64,000 nucleotides of DNA, taken from contig NIVC01003792.1 of assembly GCA_002269645.1 (NCBI GenBank), positions 1 to 64,000 on the forward strand, in the 5' to 3' direction. Every line of letters starts with the position of its first letter. The first letter of the stretch is position 1. The notes below the pieces were generated by a model. The model was not told the origin of the DNA and made no database searches. It was given only the letters and a program-made list of their open reading frames with translations. This document shows positions 48,954 to 64,000 of this stretch, one piece after another. The position numbers and the translations under genes are program-made. This DNA comes from Macrostomum lignano. Lineage: Eukaryota.

Positions 48954-49725
48954 TCAAGGTTGGCTCAATGCTCTCGAAGGATCCAAGTAGCACTTCTTCG
49001 TGAGTCTGGACACTGTTTCCGAGACTGTGCTGAACCGTCGGTGCCCATGCTGTACCGGAGTGTTCTTCAAACGGTAGGCAACACTGGTCATCATGCTTAG
49101 GATATCGTTGCACTGGTACTCATCTGAAATAACTTTACTAAGAGCCTGGACGTAAAGCGAGCCCTTGCTCTCATCCCGAAAAGTGACGTTTCCTTCCGTA
49201 TTAGCAAAGCACATTAGAGTATCGGCGTCACAAGCGCGAGCGGGCACGCTCGATGACTGCGGCGCATCAACTGCTAAGCCTCTGCTCGAACACGAATTTT
49301 CCTCGATATGCTGGAAAGAAGAATAATTTGGGCTTGTCTCGCAGAGCCTCGCACTCGTTGGCCCGAATCGTGTCGTGATTGAAGAGATTTCCACTGGCAC
49401 GCCTTCTCGATCATAGATCCAGCCGTTACTTCCGTGACCCATCACAAATAAAATAAAGCAGCCAATCTTACTCAGCTCATCCCTCCGGGTGAGCTCGTCG
49501 TTGATAAACTCGAAGATTTCATGGCTCTTTGGGTTAAATTTCTTCACGTCAAAATTAAGTCTGGTAAACAAAGTTGACAAAATTTCAACATCTATCTCGG
49601 ATCCGACTCGATCGGAAAATTCAGACTCGCAGTTGTACTTGTGCACATTGATCAAGAGAAAGCGGCGCGTTGGCTGAGTCACTGGGTAGGCTTCATCCCC
49701 TGCTCCAGGATCGAGCATGTGTAAT
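48954..49725 (-). pseudogene. Caspase (C14) catalytic-domain exon lacking a functional active-site Cys: pseudo-caspase or pseudogene
   Basis: RVGSEIDVEIL, CFILFVMGHG and GSLYVQAL..SRLTKKCYL align with the intact caspase. A 1-nt deletion at about 49360-49364 hides KPKLFFFPAYRG in another frame, and the frame is restored about 25-30 codons later. TAG acceptor has the same phase as in the intact paralogue. Confidence 0.85.
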
Positions 49726-49911
49726 CTAAAAAAATTGTTTTATTTTTGTAAAACATGGCTTAAGTTGCAGAACCATGTACGAGCTCGTATTTTTTATATT
49801 CAATATCAAATACTTGTAATGCATAAGCTGGGTGCCAAAAATATAGGCTAACATATTTTGTAGCTCGATAAAACATTAATTCCCGTAAGGGCAACTCCAA
49901 AAAGCTCTTTC

Positions 49912-56800
<6,889 letters not shown>

Positions 56801-57834
56801 TTAAAAGCATTTTTGCGGAATAAAAGTACAGTAGAGACATGTACCCCTAGAAATTCCAAAAGCTACGAAGCTAGGACACTATGAAGATGATCCTACTGCT
56901 CTTTAAAAGTTACTCAAGATGACTAATTACTCAGAACTAGGCATACATTCATTCTCTACACAGTAACAAAAAAACAACGCAAAGACAATCGCATCCTGCA
57001 GACCTGCTGTAGGAAGCTGTAGCGAAAAGTTTTGTATAAAACTTGAAAGAAATAAACCTAGAGAATAATAAGTGATTTGTATTTACAAACTACAATAAAC
57101 ATGTAAATAATAATTTAAAAAATGCAAAACGAAAACTTCTAAAACTTTACAAAAACTGTAAAGCACAAGCTAAACGATCTCTACTACAAGCAATAAAGCA
57201 CAAAATGCAGCTGGCTAATTGCAGCCTGCGATCCTGAACTGAAAAACTGAAAATTCTAAATTGTCAATACTTAAAAACCATCTTTCGCTCAATAAATAAA
57301 AAAATATGTTTTTCTATGCTACATAGTCGAAGTATTATGCAAAACAAACTCCTAAAACGCACAACAGAGAAAAACAGCACAACGAAACAACCTAGCTCAC
57401 ACGAACAAAGGAAGGACATAAAGGCCTTGATCTTAAACTAGAAAACACGGAATAGAAATATCAAAAACGCTTAAAAATATAACAAAATACTAGCGATGTA
57501 AGGACCATTTTTGCCACAAGAAAACTGGAAAATGTTGCGAAGGTATTAACTAGTAAAATAGTAACTAGTAACCACAAATAACAGGCTGCTTCCATAAATA
57601 TTCATCTGAATCCTGGTCTTGTCATTCCTAGAATTCTGATCCAAACATCTTATTCTCGATCACCTTAACTAAATAACGTAACTAAAGAAACTGGTTGTAG
57701 CGCAGAAACAATAAACTTTAAGCAATTTCAGCGCAATACACTTTAACTGCGCGGGAGTGCTAAAATACATGTAGCGCTACAGTGGCAATTATGGCAGAGA
57801 CCAAGATTAACTTGCATTATAAATACTGAACTAC

Positions 57835-58487
57835 TCAGCCTGAGGGCACAAGCTTTCGCAAGCGCCGCTGACTTGAATCGGGCGGACGTCCATCAGCCTG
57901 TGACTCGCGTCGCACCAATCCTTTAAAGAAGGTATTTGCTAGACGCCTAGATACGTGGGTCAATTGCCCCGACTGCAGCTGGACATCCATGAACGCATCG
58001 AAAACAATTAAAAAGACAGACCGGAAGTAGTTGACGCAACGAGGTGTTGCAGCGTTGAAGTAAGCGTAGCATAGGCAAGCAAATACCACCAGCCACTCAG
58101 GAGGGTGACACAGCTTCCCTCGTGAAAGAAGCGAAGTGAATTCACTGCTACAGGCTGGTTCGTAAACCGTAGCAGCCTGACAGTCGAGCTTTTCCTTAAA
58201 GGCCACGTAGCCACTGATAAAATATAGCGCTGCATTCTCCGCGTCAGAAATGTTGTCGGACAGTTGTGGGAGATTGTCAACAATTTTCCAGTCTCCCTGC
58301 GAAATTTCAGCAGAGCAACAGGCCAACGGTTGATGGTCGTCACAGACTAACTCCAATTTACTGTAAAGTTGCATTCGGCGTAGCCGCGCACTGGCCAAAA
58401 TTTGATCAACGGATATATAATAACACCCGCCGTGGCCTTGCCGATAAATAGAAAACTCCCCCTCAAGCCGGTCAGTCTGCAGCTCAC
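57835..58487 (-). CDS. P-element/THAP9-like transposase, exon 4
   Basis: TAG acceptor; G|ELQTDRLEGEFSIYRQ contains the third catalytic acidic residue region; open to the stop codon. Confidence 0.88.
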
Positions 58488-58620
58488 CTAAAAATTTTTG
58501 AAGTTAGTGCCTGGGTATGCAGGTCATATTTATTGAGTGTCAATTTATTATGGCAATAACAATACCAAAAAATTCCCGTAATGTTACGGGAAACAGGGAG
58601 TAGTGAATAATACTACGTAC

Positions 58621-60279
58621 CGAGCAACACGTACGAAAACCCTACTTTCATCAGCAAATGTCTAGACAAATCAGCCAGGCCGTTCGCAGTCTGATGGATA
58701 GCCTTGCGTGTCTCAGTAGTCAGCGATCGAGGGCGGCTAGCACCCCTACCACCTGGCATGCGATCAACGACAGCTGCAAAACTGAGCAGCTCCTGAATTG
58801 CACTTGAGTTGGTGCTGCTAATTGGGGCTCGCCGAATGTCATTCAGACGAATGTGGGACTCTGGTGACTTTACGTTTACAACTGTCCAAAAGTTGAGAAC
58901 GCGCTCGACGAAGTCGGCAGTCTCAGAATAGCCATTCAGCTGTAATGCTGCAACTGTTTTCTCGTGGAATACATCAAGCACCAGCGAAACTTTCTGTCTC
59001 TCAAGAGGAGAGGGGCGGCACGCGACTGGATTAAGACGTGTCGTCCGTACAATATGATTTCGAGAAGCTTCCTCAAGCCTGGTGATTTCGTTCCACTTAG
59101 CCCGCTTGACTGGCTCTCCAATCACTGGCTGAAAGTCGATCTCACAAAAAGACTGCGTCAGCCAGTTGTTCCGGATGTTCTTCATCAAGTGTACTGGGTC
59201 GTACAGCAGGAACAGCGGCTGATCGGGATCAGCTGGATTCTTCGCCAACCAGGGAACAGCAGAATCCCCTTGCAACAGTTGGAAGCAGTTGCGATTGGTG
59301 AAGTGGTTGTCACAAATTAGACTGACAACTGTGCCCCCTAGCTGATGTATTAGTTGGACGAGATGCACTACTTGGTCGTACAGGAAGGCTGGTTGCAAGC
59401 TGTAAATGGGTATCAGCCGTGCAACATAAGCGGGACCGCCCATGAACGACTTTACCATCAGCGCCAAAACAGTACGAGCAATTTGACGGGGAGCATCCTC
59501 TGAATACCCAATGGTATGACAGCCACTGAATCGTAGCGACGGCTTGACATACACTTCATCGAATAGAATGATGCAGTACCGCTGCAATGGGCTACAGTTT
59601 TCAAGATGTGACTGCACAATCGACTGGCAGTCACTGTCTGACCCAACACTGCCAAGACCACCAATGTGCCGCTTGAGTGTAGATGGGTGAGGCAAACAGG
59701 TGTACTCTCTCAAAGTTTTATAAGCTCCTCTCCCGGCAAAATAGAACCTGGCTGCAGTCATGATGTCCTCAGAAGTGTATCGGATTCCGTTGGGATTAAG
59801 CGAACTTAGTTTTAGCTGTCTGAGAAGAAACAACTGCTGAGGACTGTAGCTGGTTGAACCAGTAGTAGCTTGCAACGCCTGCAAATGGCTATCCAATTCA
59901 GCAGACTGAGTAAACTCGGCATGCCTCACCCTATTCAAAACTGCCTCCAACTGGCTGAACCGCTCCATTCGGTGTTGAAAGCCAAGCAGATCAGAAATGC
60001 TGACAGGGGTATTGCGTCGGTGTGCTTCAGCTGCAAAGTTGCTTCTGATGGTAATAGACACCTCGACTGTTCGTTCAGTTACAATCATCAAGTTCACTCG
60101 ATCTGACTTTTGCTGCACAAGCCAGTTGTCAGTAACAACACAGGCTAGTTTGGGAACCTGCTCAGTAAAAGTCTGCCATGAACTGATGCGGTCCTGAGCA
60201 TTGAATTCTTCTAATTCATCTGGAATAGCAGCTCGCTCGCTCAGAAGCACACAACGTTGAGAAACCTCCCTGGATGATC
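58621..60279 (-). CDS. P-element/THAP9-like transposase, exon 3
   Basis: LPHPSTL, ILFDEVYVK, LICDNHFTN, YDPVHLMKNIRNN and YVLLG are P-transposase motifs; donor GTACGT. Confidence 0.93.
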
Positions 60280-60373
60280 CTAAATATAAATTATGGTTAG
60301 TAACAATAGACCCACATCCAAAAGGATATTATTAATGAATAGCATAGCATAAGTCAGATGAATCAGATCTTAC

Positions 60374-60515
60374 TTGGCACAGTTTGGCGTACTGCACTGA
60401 TAGGGACAGATGAAAAGATACTTGGAGGATCAACTGGTCGCAGAAAACGCTTTACTTTTATCATCCGAGCATTTTCAGGCCAGTGTTGGGCACAAATCTT
60501 TTTTATTGTGGTCAC
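60374..60515 (-). CDS. P-element/THAP9-like transposase, exon 2 (THAP C-terminal half)
   Basis: KICAQHW..PVDPPSIF; AG/GT boundaries in phase. Confidence 0.85.
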
Positions 60516-60598
60516 CTATGAAATTTAAATGCACACTTGCTTGACCAAACTTAATAATAGTGCATAAGATAATATATATATTATAACAACACATGTAC

Positions 60599-60730
60599 CT
60601 TAACTGAAGTGGGCAAAGCCATCATCCAGGCATCACAATCTGCTTTGTCCTTTGGAAAGCTATAAACAGCAACCTTTGGACCAGTCAAATAGTTGCCTTT
60701 GCAGTTGGGAATGCCGCACTTAAATGGCAT
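60599..60730 (-). CDS. P-element/THAP9-like transposase, exon 1 (THAP N-terminal half)
   Basis: MPFKCGIPNCKGNY..YSFPKD..AW is the THAP C-x4-C, FP, W signature; the spliced CDS is 2586 nt = 861 aa. Confidence 0.85.
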
Positions 60731-61950
60731 TAACAATGGATAGCTGTAATAATAGGTGATAAGCTGATAAAGATAGGCATAAGCAGTGAGTTAGATTTCT
60801 CAATAGAAGATGCAAAATATAACATTGATTAGGCCTAGAGACTAGGGTGGAGTAGGCCCTAGGATAATTTGGTTAAGGGAAATCTTTGTCCAGGGAAGAA
60901 ATGTAAGCAATTGAAATCAATATATACAATATCTATAAATACATAGTTCTTTGAAGTTATGGAATCCAAATGACAACACTTCTGCAATTGACTAAAACTA
61001 CCCTTTTAATTGCAAAAACAAAAGTAGGCTAGCTTATACTACTAGATAGGCCTACCCACCTTACTAGGCCTATATAGGCCCTATTTAATTTTATTTAAAA
61101 GTTTGAATCTCATTTTTATCTGACAGAGTCACTTAGATTAACATGAACTATTTCCTAAAATGGCATACATAGCTAAGTTTACTTACAAATTTAAAGTTAA
61201 ATAGTGGATTATGATTTACAAATCATAAAAGACATTTACATTTAGAAAATTTCATGTGTTTATTCTATCTCTATACAGGGCTTAGACCTTAGGTTTAATA
61301 GCATAGGTGGTACACAGTAGACATGTATTTTGAATGCCTACAACAGCTGTATCAATGAATTTCAGTGGATGAAACCACTTATTAGGGAACTTGGTTGGAG
61401 TATGGATATATAAATATAATTGAGTATGGGCCTATATTATGAATGAGTGTCCATTCTCAAACTTAGCATCTTGTTATCATGTTTGTATGACATGAGATAT
61501 GCTATGGCAATACAAATTTAATTTTTTTATTAGAGAGATTTAATATAGAAGGCCTGATATGCTAGGCCAGGCTGGCTATAGTTTAGCTAGCCAAAGTGCA
61601 TATATAGGCCCCCCCTAGTCTATGTAATTTCATGACTACGTCAAAATGTGATAAAACTATATCTATAGAACGTTTTCGCGACTAAAACATAATAGAAACC
61701 AATAGAACAGGGTCTTAAAAGTAAAATGTTAGATGGGTTTTTTTGAAGCAGGCTTAAATCAATTACAACAGGCTTCTGAATATTAAAAACGTGAAAATTT
61801 GCTATCTCGCCAATGTATTTTGCGGTGAAAATCGGACTTCAAAAAAATTTCCACGAAATCCGAGTGTAACGTCCTCTATCTACTAGTGGTCCTTGAATTT
61901 AGTTTAGTTGTTTAGTTTAAAACTGAATTATTCCAAATTCACTGTTGAGG

Positions 61951-62719
61951 CTACTTTTCTGTGTTCGACTCAAACTCGGAAGCTAGTCCGGGGTCCAAGA
62001 AGCACTTCTTGGATAATCGTGTCAACGTCTCCGACACGACGAATAACCTGTTCCCATCTCTTAGTACTGGGTTTTTCTTGAGACGGTCGTTGGCAATAGT
62101 CAGCATGTCGAGCAGGTGCTCGGTCTTGTGCATCTCTTCAATCACATCGCACACTGTCTGCACGTATGGCGACCCTTCTGTAGGGTTTCTTAGAGAAGCC
62201 TGGCCGCTTGGAGTGGCGAAGCACAACACGAAATCGCTATCCCTCGGGCAGTAATATGCATTAGACACTTGCTGGTCCACCCATGCACCTGGAATGGTTT
62301 CGCAACCCTTTCCTCGGCATGCCTGAATGAAGAAGAGTTTCGGCTTGTTACACAGTCCGGTGCACTCGTTTCCTCGAAACCGTTTAGCGATGGCCTGGAC
62401 CTCCCATGCTTCACCATCGATGCCGTAAATGGAGGATTCGTCACCATGAGCCATGATGAAGCATACGAAACAGCCATGGTTAGAAAGGTCCGGAGAGAGG
62501 GCTTTAAGACTTACGATTCGAACGAGTTCATTGCAAGTTAGATCTTCGTGAACCTCGACAATAAAATTTAAGCTGGTAAACAATCTCTTCACTCTATCCA
62601 CGTCTAATTCCGAGCCAATTCTTTCTTCAAATAGCGCGCGATTTCTATATTTTTTTATGTTGATGATCAGACAGAAGCCCTGAGGTGAGGTAACTGGATA
62701 AATGGCCTCCTTGTTTCGT
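61951..62719 (-). CDS. Caspase, catalytic-domain (last) exon, active site intact
   Basis: FCLIINI, RIGSELDVDRV, CFVCFIMAHG, KPKLFFIQACRG, GSPYVQ, TRLSKKCFL; CAG acceptor. Confidence 0.93.
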
Positions 62720-63197
62720 CTGGAATTGTTGAATTACGATTTTGTAGGTCGTAATGTAGCTTCGATATTATTTAAATGCAGTTATTTTAGTCAGTTCAAA
62801 GAGGGCCGTTGAGTACCCCTGCAAAATGAAGGCCTCAAAATAAAGAATCCTGAAGGTAAACAGCAATACCTATTCCTCTAACCCCTGAGCACGCGAACGC
62901 ACACGGATACGTACAAAGGCACACACTCACACAATGTAAGCAACCCTGACTTTCTTATCGTCAAACATGTACACACTCTGTACCTCGGAGATTGTCAAGA
63001 ATAATTTGATAAGCTTGATTTTCTCGCAAAAGCCCAAAGTCACTCGTAATTTGGCTTGGCACGAGAGTCAGACACCTTCCTGCTCACCTACTTTCACTCA
63101 ATTCAGACACCATGCTTTGCTAACTGCCAAAATCCGAACATAAAAATTTTTTTTAGTCTAGCGCAAGAGTAAAAGAGTGCATGCACCCAGAGCTCAC

Positions 63198-63728
63198 CTG
63201 TTCAGATCGTTTAACTTTTGTGTCGCAGCTTGGAACGAAACTCTAGGTTCCTGTGAAGGATAAACTTCAGTTTGTTCAGCGGGTCCAGTAGGTTCCTGTG
63301 AAGGATAAACTTCAGTTTGTTCAGCGGGTCCAGTAGGTTCCTGTGAAGGATAAACTTCAGTTTGTTCAGCGGGTCCAGTAGGTTCCTGTGAAGGATAAAC
63401 TTCAGTTTGTTCAGCGGGTCCAGTAGGTTCCTGTGAAGGATAAACTTCAGCTTGTTCAGCGGGTCCAGTAGGTTCCTGTGAAGGATAAACTTCAGTTTGT
63501 TCAGCGGGTCCAGTAGGTTCCTGTGAAGGATAAACTTCTGTTTGTTCGATGACTCCTGACTGTGCCTCAGTACTGGAGTTTAATCGACGAATACCTCGCG
63601 GCTTTGGAATCGGATGCGGAGGCACAACCGGCGGCTGTGCTTTATGGGGCTTAAATAAACCCTCAGATTGGCCAGAACAAACGTCATATTCCACGTCTCT
63701 ATGGTCGTTGGAGTCGAAACTTTGAGCA
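63198..63728 (-). CDS. Caspase internal exon with a repeat-rich linker
   Basis: AG|GTGAGC donor is phase 2 and matches the catalytic exon; open frame with EQTEVYPSQEPTGPA repeats; the 5' boundary is inferred. Confidence 0.75.
63248..63548. repeat. 45-bp coding minisatellite (about 6.7 copies)
   Basis: TTCCTGTGAAGGATAAACTTCAGTTTGTTCAGCGGGTCCAGTAGG, near-identical copies. Confidence 0.97.
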
Positions 63729-63801
63729 CTGTTTAAATGTGAGATTCGGTGATCATCTATTGCATGTATACTTTTTAATAGGATATTTCAAGTTAACTTA
63801 C

Positions 63802-63921
63802 GAGGCAAATTCGTTACACTCGTCGAAATCACGGTGAGGCTCATCCAGCTGATCGTGAGGCTCTGAGGCTTCAGTTTTGCTGCTTTCCTTTTCTTGTATT
63901 GAGCCGACTTCCAGAATTTTT
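63802..63921 (-). CDS. Caspase upstream exon (gene continues beyond the window)
   Basis: TTTTTACAG acceptor and GTAAGT donor; KILEVGSIQEKESSKTEASEPHDQLDE..; phases compatible. Confidence 0.55.
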
Positions 63922-64000
63922 CTGTAAAAACAAGACGCAAAATCTAATGGTGGACAAAAGAACCCCCATCATCGTTGAAACTTTACCATAATACGAGCGT

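Overview
Eukaryotic (invertebrate metazoan-like) genomic DNA with GT-AG introns; the species cannot be established from sequence alone. Bases 1-17993 are a head-to-tail array of five 3.7-4.05 kb non-coding units with rolling-circle (Helentron/Helitron)-like junctions. Each unit carries a GC-rich minisatellite, a tRNA-like Pol III cassette and paired RFX X-box palindromes, and the units fall into two subfamilies (order A-B-B-A-A). Bases 18-37 kb hold three exons of an unknown single-pass membrane protein, three mini/microsatellites, a 3-exon Phactr (RPEL) gene, a CORE-type SINE and a small frameshifted membrane-protein gene. They also hold a dense TATA/CArG/MEF2/AP-1 promoter facing Phactr. Bases 37-46 kb hold an intronless, unusual TTLL gene and three intronless Rac paralogues. 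Bases 46-64 kb hold two MITEs, a pseudo-caspase whose active site is hidden in a shifted frame (QACRG to PAYRG), and a near full-length APE/RT/RNase H LINE inserted into a decayed Rho-type GTPase gene just upstream of that caspase exon. They also contain an apparently intact 4-exon THAP/P-element transposase and the 3' part of an intact caspase with a 15-aa repeat linker. All calls were made by eye; no searches were run.
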